From: Pirellula staleyi DSM 6068
GTDB taxonomy: Bacteria; Planctomycetota; Planctomycetia; Pirellulales; Pirellulaceae
Direction: 5' to 3'
Length of the DNA stretch: 32,000 bases
Assembly: GCA_000025185.1 (NCBI GenBank)
Contig: CP001848.1
Location: 930,001-962,000, forward strand
The notes under the pieces are model-generated. The model was not told where the DNA came from and made no database searches. It saw nothing but the letters and a program-made list of their open reading frames with translations. A program made the translations under genes and the position numbers. Of this stretch, positions 17,159-25,187 are shown one piece after another (the stretch's first letter is position 1; every line of letters begins with the position of its first letter).

Positions 17159-17995
17159 ATGGCAACTATTGAATATAGCCTGTTTCGAATAAAGTTTATC
17201 CGACCATCACAGCAATCGTTTCTGTACACAGAACTTACACCCCAAGAAGTCTTTAAAATCTCACTCAAAGAGAGACCATCCATTCAACTGTCAGGCGGTA
17301 GAACATGGCACATTGGAAATGTACAAGACTACGATTCAAAAAACGGATACTTTGCGTTCGGAAGAACGTCTAAAACAACCAACACTACGTTCGACGATTC
17401 GACTGGAAACTTCGTAGAGAAGGACTTTGAAACTAGTCCGTATACTCACGTAGTGTTCAATTCCACAATAGGAATCTTAGGAATTGCGCACAATCACCGT
17501 CTTGGTCGCAGCTCCGTATCAATATCAGCGAAGCTAGAACGTGCGTTCGAAGCGACTTCAGTAGTAACCCAGAATAATATTGAGGTGGTCATTGCTCCGA
17601 TTTCTGACCCGGAAGGATTCCTCAAGACAGTACTCAACGCCTATCGCATCCTGAAATTCACTGCACACTTCACGGGTCCAAATCCATTTGATGCCGACGA
17701 ATTCTTTCAGCGACCACTATCTGTCTATGCTTCAACGGCCAACGCAAAGAAGGGTAAAGCAATGATTGCAGGTGAAAGCCTAAACAAAGACGTAGTCGCT
17801 GAAGTTGCACGTAGCACTGCCGCCACTGGCAACAAGGCGACTGCGCAGCTCAAGAAGTACAAGAACCAGGCTCCTGTAACGATTGGACTGACTGAGGAAC
17901 CTATCAAACGACGCTTCGACGAATCGACGCACGACCCTCAAATAGTCATCAGTGAACTTAAATCATTATACGACCAGGTGAGGCACAATGATTGA
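17159..17995 (+). CDS. Uncharacterised 278-aa protein, first gene of the islet operon
   Basis: Only long ORF in this region. AT-rich codon usage shared with the downstream gene. Its stop overlaps the next ATG (ATGATTGA). No signal peptide, TM helix or catalytic motif that I recognise. Lys/Ala-rich segment near the C-terminus (ANAKKGKAMIAG...ATAQLKKYKNQ). Confidence 0.7.
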   Translation: MATIEYSLFRIKFIRPSQQSFLYTELTPQEVFKISLKERPSIQLSGGRTWHIGNVQDYDSKNGYFAFGRTSKTTNTTFDDSTGNFVEKDFETSPYTHVVFNSTIGILGIAHNHRLGRSSVSISAKLERAFEATSVVTQNNIEVVIAPISDPEGFLKTVLNAYRILKFTAHFTGPNPFDADEFFQRPLSVYASTANAKKGKAMIAGESLNKDVVAEVARSTAATGNKATAQLKKYKNQAPVTIGLTEEPIKRRFDESTHDPQIVISELKSLYDQVRHND

Positions 17996-18788
17996 ACATC
18001 ATATAACTGACATTGACGATTTAATTCGGCAACTCAATATGCTTCCGAACAACTTTATTTTTCGTGGGCAGTCAAATGCAGAATGGGACTTAACATCTTC
18101 TCTTGAACGTGCGATTGGAAATAACTGGTCAAAGGATATCTCGAAAAAATGCGAAGACCATTCACTGATTCAATTTCAGTCGAAGTTCCACCTCTACGAC
18201 CGCATCAATGCGCAACCCAATTCTAAGTTGGCATGGCTGGCACTTATGCAGCACCATGGCGTGCCAACCAGACTGGTAGACTTTACGGAAAGCCCCTATG
18301 TCGCTCTCTACTTTGCGCTCGAGAGCTATTTGCCCCATACTAAGAGTGATCTTGCAATATTTGCGATTGATTACTCAGCAGTAATGGAGAAATCGCTTGA
18401 CTTAATACGCTCAATAGACAGTGGCTTTAGTGAAACTCGGGCGACCGTCCATGGAAAACGCGATATGGTATTTCAGGATATTGTCGATCGATTCTCCTAC
18501 GACATACTCTGGATTACTGAGCCATCCCAGCTAAACGCGAGACTTGACCGACAGGCAGGATCCTTTGTACTTTCCGGAAATGGCGGGAGGAAAATCGATA
18601 GCATTATTCGTTCGGACACCTATCAAGGCGCGACAATCATCAAGCTTATCATCTCGCACGAACTTTACAGCGACACTTTTGCGTTGCTACGAAAAATGAA
18701 TATTACAAGCAAGAGTCTCTATGGTGATATTGACGGCCTTGCACGTTCAATTCGCATGGAGATGCAAGTGTACACCGCCCCCATATAA
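17988..18788 (+). CDS. FRG domain-containing protein
   Basis: IFRGQSNAEWDLTSSLER (FRG at 18060-18068), LMQHHGVPTRLVDFTESPYVALYFALE (18249-18323) and NARLDRQAGSFVL (18534-18566) match the three conserved blocks of the FRG domain family (Pfam PF08867). SD-like GGTGAGG lies 6-12 nt upstream of the ATG, inside the upstream gene. Confidence 0.8.
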   Translation: MIEHHITDIDDLIRQLNMLPNNFIFRGQSNAEWDLTSSLERAIGNNWSKDISKKCEDHSLIQFQSKFHLYDRINAQPNSKLAWLALMQHHGVPTRLVDFTESPYVALYFALESYLPHTKSDLAIFAIDYSAVMEKSLDLIRSIDSGFSETRATVHGKRDMVFQDIVDRFSYDILWITEPSQLNARLDRQAGSFVLSGNGGRKIDSIIRSDTYQGATIIKLIISHELYSDTFALLRKMNITSKSLYGDIDGLARSIRMEMQVYTAPI

Positions 18789-18800
18789 GGTATTTAGTCA

Positions 18801-18828
18801 TTAGGTCAGGATACACGCATCCGACAGC
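18801..18828 (-). repeat. REP-like hairpin element, copy 1 at the islet edge
   Basis: TTAGGTCA-GGATACACGCATCC-GACAGC. It shares the TAGGTCA...GACA termini with the reverse complement of 7513-7542 (TGTAGGTCA-GGTACTCCGTACC-TGACAAAG). The interior forms a different hairpin (GGAT/ATCC). Confidence 0.55.
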
Positions 18829-18869
18829 AGTTGAGGCAAAAGAACAAGGCACGAACGCCATCTAACAAC

Positions 18870-18900
18870 TTAGGTCACGATCCCTCTCAGGGGAGGACAA
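18870..18900 (-). repeat. REP-like hairpin element, copy 2 at the islet edge
   Basis: TTAGGTCACGATCCCTCTCAGGGGAGGACAA. Its reverse complement TTGTCCTCCCCTGAGAGGGATCGTGACCTAA aligns closely with 18990-19021. Confidence 0.7.
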
Positions 18901-18989
18901 TGCTACTTGGAGATCGCGATGTTACTTCAAGCGGAAATCAAGTAGCGGCTGGAAGCAAGGGAGCTGATTGAAGATAGCTCGGCGAGGCG

Positions 18990-19026
18990 TTGTCAGGTCC
19001 CTGAGAGGGGACCATGACCTACAAGA
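18990..19026 (+). repeat. REP-like hairpin element, copy 3 (opposite orientation), immediately downstream of glpD
   Basis: TTGTCAGGTCCCTGAGAGGGGACCATGACCTACAAG. It has the same termini (TTGTCAGGT ... TGACCTACAAGA) as 7513-7544 but a different internal stem (GGTCCC/GGGACC). Confidence 0.75.
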
Positions 19027-19068
19027 CTATCGAGGACAGTATGGCCGGTGCAGCCGGCCCGACGATGG

Positions 19069-20703
19069 TCAGTTCGAGGACGATGAGGTTGCTGGTGGCA
19101 GGTAGTGCTGGGCGAGTTCGCGGAATTGGGTGAGTTGGTCGGTGATCCAGGCAGAGTCGTGGGCGAGTTCGCGGGCCAAGAGGGTGGCGACTTGCGGGGC
19201 GATCGCCAGGGAAGCCTGGGCGTCGAGCAAGAGCGAGCGGCTGCGGCGGGAGAGGACATCCTCGACGGTCCGGGCCATTTCGTGGCGGGCGTGGAACACC
19301 ACTTCGGCCGGGGTGAGGGGCAAGCTGGGGCTCAGCGGAGCGCCGAGCGTGGGATCTTGCTCGATCAGTTTTTCGATCGCCGTGGCATCGGCGCCGTAGT
19401 GCGCAAAGGGGGAGGCCGACGGGACATACTGGCCCGGGCTGTCGCAAGCGGGATGCTCGGCTGTGGCTCCCCACAGCGGCAGGTCGCGCGTCAGGCAAGG
19501 CTTGGTCGCCAGGCCACCCACTTTGGCAGCGGTGGTCACCACATCTTCAGCCATGTGGCGATAGGTGGTCCACTTGCCGCCGGTGATGGTCACCAGACCG
19601 CTTAGGTCGGTGAGGATCGTGTGATCGCGGGCCAGCTTCGAGGTGCTCGATCCGCTCCCCGCTTTCACCAAGGGACGAATCCCGGCAAATTGGCTCAGCA
19701 CATCGGCGCGTGTTGGCGGGGTGGCGAGGTAGCTGGCAGCGGTCTCGAGTACAAAATCGATCTCGGCCTCGCTGGCCTGGGGCTCGAGCGGAATGGTATC
19801 GATCGGCGTATCGGTGGTTCCGACAACGACCCGATCTTGCCACGGGATCACGAACAAGATGCGGCCATCGCGAGTGCGGGGGACCATCAAGGCAGTATTG
19901 CCCGGCAGGAATTTGCGGGGCAAGACGAGGTGAATGCCGCGGCTCGGGGCGACAATCACGCTGGCGCTCGGGTCGGCCATGCGGCGTACTCGATCGCAAT
20001 ACGCGCCGGTGGCGCTAATCACCACGCGAGCGCGGGCGGTCGCTTCTTCGCCAGTCTCTTCGTTGACGATCGTCGCGCCGCGAACCTTTCCCGATTCGAT
20101 CAGCAGATCGTCGACCCGGGCGTAGTTCAGCAGCACTGCATCGTGGTAGTCGGCGGTGGTGGCGAGGGTGACGAGCAGCCGCGTGTCGTCGAACTGAGCA
20201 TCGTAGTAGACCACGCCGCCACTCAAATCTTGCTGACGGAGGGTGCTTACTTTTTCAAGCGCCGTCGCGCGCGAAACGATCTCAGTAGCGCCGAGCGAGA
20301 GACTTCCGGCCAGGTACTGATACGCCTTGAGACCAGCGGCGTAGTACGGCTTTTCCCACCACTGGTACGACGGAACGAGGAAGGCGAGCGGCTGCACCAG
20401 ATGCGGGACGCGGCGACACAAAATGCCCCGCTCTTCGAGCGACTCGCTCACCAGCGAGACGTTGCCTTGCGCCAGGTAGCGAACGCCGCCGTGGATCAGT
20501 TTGGTGCTGCGGCTGGAGGTTCCTTTGCCGAAATCGGCCTGCTCGACGAGGAGCGTTTTATAGCCGCGCGACGCCGCATCGACTGCAGCGCCAAGCCCCG
20601 TAGCGCCGCCGCCAATGATCAGCACATCCCATGTGTTTTCCGCGTTTTTCCGGCCATTTCCGGTCAATTTCACGCGGTTCCAATTCGCCTGACGATCGAT
20701 CAT
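19069..20703 (-). CDS. glpD: FAD-dependent glycerol-3-phosphate dehydrogenase
   Basis: [53 protein letters not shown] is the GlpD N-terminal FAD-binding signature. Start taken at ATG 20703, which overlaps the glpK stop (ATGA). Confidence 0.9.
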   Translation of the reverse strand: MIDRQANWNRVKLTGNGRKNAENTWDVLIIGGGATGLGAAVDAASRGYKTLLVEQADFGKGTSSRSTKLIHGGVRYLAQGNVSLVSESLEERGILCRRVPHLVQPLAFLVPSYQWWEKPYYAAGLKAYQYLAGSLSLGATEIVSRATALEKVSTLRQQDLSGGVVYYDAQFDDTRLLVTLATTADYHDAVLLNYARVDDLLIESGKVRGATIVNEETGEEATARARVVISATGAYCDRVRRMADPSASVIVAPSRGIHLVLPRKFLPGNTALMVPRTRDGRILFVIPWQDRVVVGTTDTPIDTIPLEPQASEAEIDFVLETAASYLATPPTRADVLSQFAGIRPLVKAGSGSSTSKLARDHTILTDLSGLVTITGGKWTTYRHMAEDVVTTAAKVGGLATKPCLTRDLPLWGATAEHPACDSPGQYVPSASPFAHYGADATAIEKLIEQDPTLGAPLSPSLPLTPAEVVFHARHEMARTVEDVLSRRSRSLLLDAQASLAIAPQVATLLARELAHDSAWITDQLTQFRELAQHYLPPATSSSSN

Positions 20704-22193
20704 CGAGGTTCTTCCCAACGTTTCGAGCGCTCGACGGCGTCGGCCCAGCGCTGGCGTTTTTCCCAGGCATGCACGCGCGACATGAGCGGCTCGAAGGCGC
20801 GATCGACTTGCCACTGGGCAGCGATATCTTCGCGCGAGGTCCAGAAGCCGGTGGCTAGTCCCGCGAGATACGCAGCGCCGAGCGCCGTGGTCTCGATCAC
20901 CGCAGGACGAACGACACGGACGCCGAGAATATCGGCCTGAAATTGCAGCAGTAAGTTGTTGGCCGAGCCACCTCCATCGACCCGCAGTTCGGCGATCGGC
21001 TCTCTGGCATCAGCGTTCATCGCATCGAGCAGATCGGCAACCTGGAAGGCGATCGATTCGAGCGCCGCGCGGGCGATATGTCCGGCCGAAGTCCCGCGCG
21101 AGATGCCGATCATCAGCCCCCGCGCGTGAGGATCCCAGTGGGGCGCGCCGAGTCCAGCGAGCGCCGGGACGAGATAGAGCCCGCCATTATCTCGCTCGGT
21201 TTGCGCGAGCGATTCGACTTCGCTCGAGCTGCGAATCAGCTTCAGCCCATCGCGCAGCCACTGCACAATCGCGCCGCCGATGAACACGCTCCCCTCGAGC
21301 GCATATTCGAGCGACTCGCCGGTTTGCGCGGCGAGCGTGGTGAGCATTTTGTGCTGCGACATCAGGGCCGCTGTGCCGGTGCTACGGAGCAAGAAACAGC
21401 CGGTTCCGTAGGTGTTTTTCGCCATTCCTGGCCGAACGCACATCTGTCCGAAGAGCGCCGCTTGCTGATCGCCGGCAACACCGCCAATCGGAACTCCGGC
21501 CAGTGGCAAGTGAGGAGCAACTTCGCCATAGACGAGGCTCGACGGTTTGACTTCTGGCAGCATGCTGCGGGGAATCTGGAGCTCGGCCAGAAGCTGATCG
21601 TCCCAGCAGCCGCGCGTGATGTCGTACAGCATCGTGCGCGACGCGTTCGTGACATCGGTGACGTGTAGCTTGCCGTCGGTCAGTTTCCAGAGGAGCCAAG
21701 TATCGATGGTGCCGAAGGCGAGCTCGCCGCGCTCGGCAGCAGCGCGTGCGCCGGGAACATGGTCGAGTATCCAGGCGATTTTGGTTCCCGAGAAATACGA
21801 ATCGATCACGAGCCCTGTTTTCTCGCGCACGATATCGGCGAGCCCGCGCTGCCGCAGCGTTTCGCAAAGAGGCGCGGTGCGACGATCTTGCCACACAATG
21901 GCCGGATAGATCGGCTGACCCGTTTGGCGATTCCACACCACGGTGGTCTCGCGCTGATTGGTGATGCCGATCGCGGCGACATCGGAGGGACGAATTTGCG
22001 CGCGGGCTATCACTTCCGAGACGGTGCCGATTTGCGCCGACCAAATCTCGAGCGGATCGTGCTCGACCCAACCACTCTGGGGATACGACTGCGTGATCTC
22101 GTGCTGCGCGACGGCAACGATCTTCCCCTCGACGTCGAACAAAATGGCGCGAGCGCTGGTGGTTCCTTCATCGAGAGCAAGTACGTAAGGCAT
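20700..22193 (-). CDS. glpK: Glycerol kinase
   Basis: [44 protein letters not shown] and [19 protein letters not shown] are canonical GlpK blocks. Start at the internal ATG 22193. Confidence 0.92.
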   Translation of the reverse strand: MPYVLALDEGTTSARAILFDVEGKIVAVAQHEITQSYPQSGWVEHDPLEIWSAQIGTVSEVIARAQIRPSDVAAIGITNQRETTVVWNRQTGQPIYPAIVWQDRRTAPLCETLRQRGLADIVREKTGLVIDSYFSGTKIAWILDHVPGARAAAERGELAFGTIDTWLLWKLTDGKLHVTDVTNASRTMLYDITRGCWDDQLLAELQIPRSMLPEVKPSSLVYGEVAPHLPLAGVPIGGVAGDQQAALFGQMCVRPGMAKNTYGTGCFLLRSTGTAALMSQHKMLTTLAAQTGESLEYALEGSVFIGGAIVQWLRDGLKLIRSSSEVESLAQTERDNGGLYLVPALAGLGAPHWDPHARGLMIGISRGTSAGHIARAALESIAFQVADLLDAMNADAREPIAELRVDGGGSANNLLLQFQADILGVRVVRPAVIETTALGAAYLAGLATGFWTSREDIAAQWQVDRAFEPLMSRVHAWEKRQRWADAVERSKRWEEPR

Positions 22194-22490
22194 GCTGCAA
22201 TTCCTCGTGGCCGCAAAGCGTGCGGTGAGCCGAGAGAGAGCTTCCACCGCCACGCCTGATCGTACTGCTTATCTTACAGCAGAACACGCTCGCAGAGCAG
22301 AACATGGTCGCGGAGGTGGACCTAGTTGGTCTCGCAGCAGAACCTAATGGCCTCAGCTGCCCGGGTTCTGGCCGTGAGCGATTTCCCCTCCGGCGAGGTT
22401 CGGGCTACAATCCCCCACGCGCGGCTGCTCGACGCGTCACCGATCGTTTTACCCTCCATCGATTGCCAGCGAGCACCTAAGGAACCGGCT

Positions 22491-23309
22491 ATGAAGATCG
22501 TTCGCTTCGTGAATTCGGCAGGAGAAATCAGCTACGGCGAAGAGCGCGGCGATGAAGTGTACGTGATCGACGGCGATCCGCTGACCGGCTGTCGCGTCAC
22601 CAATGAAGTGGCAGAGGTCGAAAAAATCCTCGCCCCGATTGTTCCCAAAGCGATCATGTGCATCGGTCTGAACTACCGCAAGCATGCCGAAGAGGGGAAA
22701 GCGCCGATCCCAAAATTCCCGGTCCTGTTCATGAAAACTCCGTCGGCTGTCCAAAACCCGGGGGACCCGATCGAGCTCCCCCGCACCCTCGAAAGCACCC
22801 GCGTCGACTTCGAATGCGAACTCGCCGTGGTGATCGGCAAACGGTGCAAGAACGTCAATAAAGCCCACGCCCTCGACTACGTTCTCGGCTACACCTGCGG
22901 CAACGACGTGAGTGCTCGCGACTGGCAAAAAGATTTCGGCGGCTCGCAGTGGTGCCGCGGCAAAACGTTCGACACCTTCGCGCCCCTCGGCCCCTGCCTC
23001 GTCTTGAAAGATGCGATTCCCGATCCCAACGCGCTCCGCATCTCGACCAAACTCAACGGCGAAGTGATGCAGGACTGGAACACCAGCGACATGATCTTCG
23101 ACGTCCCGACGCTGATCGAATTCCTCTCGGGAAGCACCACGCTCGAGCCTGGCACCGTCATCCTCACCGGCACCCCTCACGGGGTCGGCATGGCCCGCAC
23201 CCCTCCGGTGTTCCTCAAGCATGGCGACGTGCTGACGATCGAAATCGAGAAAATCGGCATCCTCGAAAACCCCGTCATCGACGAACCAACCCCCGGCAAG
23301 CATGCGTGA
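22491..23309 (+). CDS. Fumarylacetoacetate hydrolase (FAH) family protein
   Basis: IMCIGLNYRKHAEE, PVLFMKTPSAV, VDFECELAVVIGK, GYTCGNDVSARDWQ, GKTFDTFAPLGP and ILTGTPHGVG are FAH-family blocks. ATG 22491 is preceded by AAGGA. Confidence 0.88.
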   Translation: MKIVRFVNSAGEISYGEERGDEVYVIDGDPLTGCRVTNEVAEVEKILAPIVPKAIMCIGLNYRKHAEEGKAPIPKFPVLFMKTPSAVQNPGDPIELPRTLESTRVDFECELAVVIGKRCKNVNKAHALDYVLGYTCGNDVSARDWQKDFGGSQWCRGKTFDTFAPLGPCLVLKDAIPDPNALRISTKLNGEVMQDWNTSDMIFDVPTLIEFLSGSTTLEPGTVILTGTPHGVGMARTPPVFLKHGDVLTIEIEKIGILENPVIDEPTPGKHA

Positions 23310-23320
23310 GGAAGCGAGGG

Positions 23321-23370
23321 GCTAGAAGCTAGTAGCTAGAGACTAGGGGCGAGAGGCTAGGGACTAGAGA
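23321..23370. repeat. CTAG-rich low-complexity tract
   Basis: GCTAGAAGCTAGTAGCTAGAGACTAGGGGCGAGAGGCTAGGGACTAGAGA has six CTAG in 50 nt. It shares the 10-mer AGCTAGTAGC with the composite repeat core. Confidence 0.6.
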
Positions 23371-23422
23371 AGGCAAACACTGGGTATCCGCGGTAGCTCG
23401 GCTACCGGCGCAGACGAAGTTT

Positions 23423-23827
23423 GTGAGAGTCATTAAGCAAAAGCAGCAAATCGAGGAGCAGCAAGTGGCAACGGTTGCGATTTTGGGAGCGAGCAGCGAT
23501 CCGACCAAGTATGGCAATAAGTCGGTCCGTGCGCATTTGAAAAAAGGGTATACCGTTTACCCGGTCAATCCCAAGGGGGGCGAGATCGAAGGACTGACGG
23601 TCTACAAATCGCTCGCCGAAATTCCAGGCGGAACTCTCGATCGCATCTCGGTCTACCTGCCGCCGAAAGTCGGACTCGCGATGGTTCCCGAGATCGCCAT
23701 TCGAGGCTGTAAAGAACTCTGGCTCAACCCGGGAAGCGAAAGCGACGAACTCGTGACCGCAGCCCAGCTCGTGGGGCTCAACGTCATTCAGGCTTGCAGC
23801 ATCGTCGCCATCGGCGAAGTGCCATAA
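23423..23827 (+). CDS. CoA-binding domain protein (YccU/YneT-like)
   Basis: VAILGASSDPTKYGNKSVRAHLKKGYTVYPVNPKGGEIEGLTVYKSLAEIP...ISVYLPP...WLNPGSES matches the CoA_binding_2 family. GTG start at 23423 as in the track; the exact start is uncertain. Confidence 0.75.
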   Translation: MRVIKQKQQIEEQQVATVAILGASSDPTKYGNKSVRAHLKKGYTVYPVNPKGGEIEGLTVYKSLAEIPGGTLDRISVYLPPKVGLAMVPEIAIRGCKELWLNPGSESDELVTAAQLVGLNVIQACSIVAIGEVP

Positions 23828-23946
23828 GGCTGTTTTCGCTCGCACACAGGGCTCGCCTGCATCAAGATTCAGCTTGACTCCGTCGCATGTACATGCGTAT
23901 ACTTATCGGATGTAACGGACGACAACTCTGCAGGTGAGCTGGGCGG

Positions 23947-25023
23947 ATGGATCGTGGCGCAAAAATCTCGGGACGCGGAACGAGCAGTGCGCCGAAGAAC
24001 CGTTTCGAAAAACTCGCGAGCGAAATCGATCTCGAGCATTTCGATCCCCTCGACGAAGATCTGCAGCCGCGCAAAGTGGCGACCGAGCTGTTGCCCGATC
24101 AAGCGAAAACACTGATTCGCGAAAACGACAGCCCCGATATTTCGTTTCGCTATTCGATCAACGTCTATCGCGGCTGCGAGCACGGCTGTGCGTATTGCTA
24201 TGCTCGGCCGTCGCACGAAACGCTGGGGATGAATGCGGGGATTGATTTCGAGACGAAGCTTTTGGTGAAGTACGACGCGCCGAAGCTGCTGCGCGAAGAG
24301 CTGAATCATCGCGCCTGGCGAGGTGCAGAGATTGTGATGTCGGGGGTGACCGACTGCTATCAGCCGATCGAGCGTCAACTGAAACTGACGCGCTCGCTGC
24401 TAGAGATCATGGTCGAAGCCAATCAGCCAACCGGCATCATCACCAAGAATGCGCTCGTCGCGCGCGATCTCGATCTGCTCGCGCAGCTGGCGACGAAGAA
24501 CCTGGTGCACGTGGGCATCAGCATCACGTCGCTCGATCAGCAGCTGACGCGGTTGCTCGAACCACGCACGAGTTCCCCCGCTGCTCGGCTCCGCGCTATC
24601 GAGCTGCTGAGCGCCGCTGGTGTGCCGGTGCACGCCATGATTTCGCCGATCATTCCGGGGCTCAACGACAACGAAATCCCCGAGCTGCTCGCTGCGGTGA
24701 AGCGCGCGGGAGCACGTCGCGCAGGAACCATTTTGGTGCGGCTCCCTTGGGCCGTCGCGCCGATTTTCGAAGCCTGGCTGCGCGAACATCGCCCCACAAT
24801 GGCCGATAAGATTCTCGAGCGGATTCGCTCATCGCGTGATGGCAAACTCAACGACCCACGGTTTGGCAGCCGCATGCACGGGAGTGGCGAGTATGCCGAA
24901 AACATCCGCCGCACCTTCGACCTGTTCGCCAAAAAACTGGGGCTCAGCGACTCACTTCCACCCCTCGACAGCTCGCAGTTCCATCCCCCCAAACTCCCCG
25001 GCACCCAGCAGCTGCTCTTTTAG
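23947..25023 (+). CDS. Radical SAM protein (PA0069 / SplB-like family)
   Basis: NVYRGCEHGCAYCYARP carries the CxxxCxxC radical SAM cluster motif. The length and the downstream ITSLD / PIIPGLND blocks fit the PA0069-type family. Confidence 0.8.
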   Translation: MDRGAKISGRGTSSAPKNRFEKLASEIDLEHFDPLDEDLQPRKVATELLPDQAKTLIRENDSPDISFRYSINVYRGCEHGCAYCYARPSHETLGMNAGIDFETKLLVKYDAPKLLREELNHRAWRGAEIVMSGVTDCYQPIERQLKLTRSLLEIMVEANQPTGIITKNALVARDLDLLAQLATKNLVHVGISITSLDQQLTRLLEPRTSSPAARLRAIELLSAAGVPVHAMISPIIPGLNDNEIPELLAAVKRAGARRAGTILVRLPWAVAPIFEAWLREHRPTMADKILERIRSSRDGKLNDPRFGSRMHGSGEYAENIRRTFDLFAKKLGLSDSLPPLDSSQFHPPKLPGTQQLLF

Positions 25024-25187
25024 GGGCAGCTCGCTTTCGCCAGCCAGCACCGCTCCTCGCCGGACCAAAAATCCTCGTTTCGCACCCCTTTCGAAATAAA
25101 TAGGCACGCCCGAAACCTAACGACCGTTAAGTAGGTATGATCGGGTGAACCCAGGTGGAGCAAGCGAACCGAGTAGGAGTGATAGCG

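Larger units (their letters stand above)
16850..18990. other. Low-GC genomic islet (probable horizontally acquired insertion) carrying a two-gene operon
   Basis: Hand GC counts of 60-nt lines inside the islet: 17161 = 38%, 18301 = 45%, 18601 = 48%, against 60% at 19081 in glpD. The composition switch falls immediately after the stop at 16845 and before the REP copy at 18990. A/T-ending codons dominate in both ORFs, unlike every other gene in the window. No integrase, tRNA or transposase. Confidence 0.8.
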
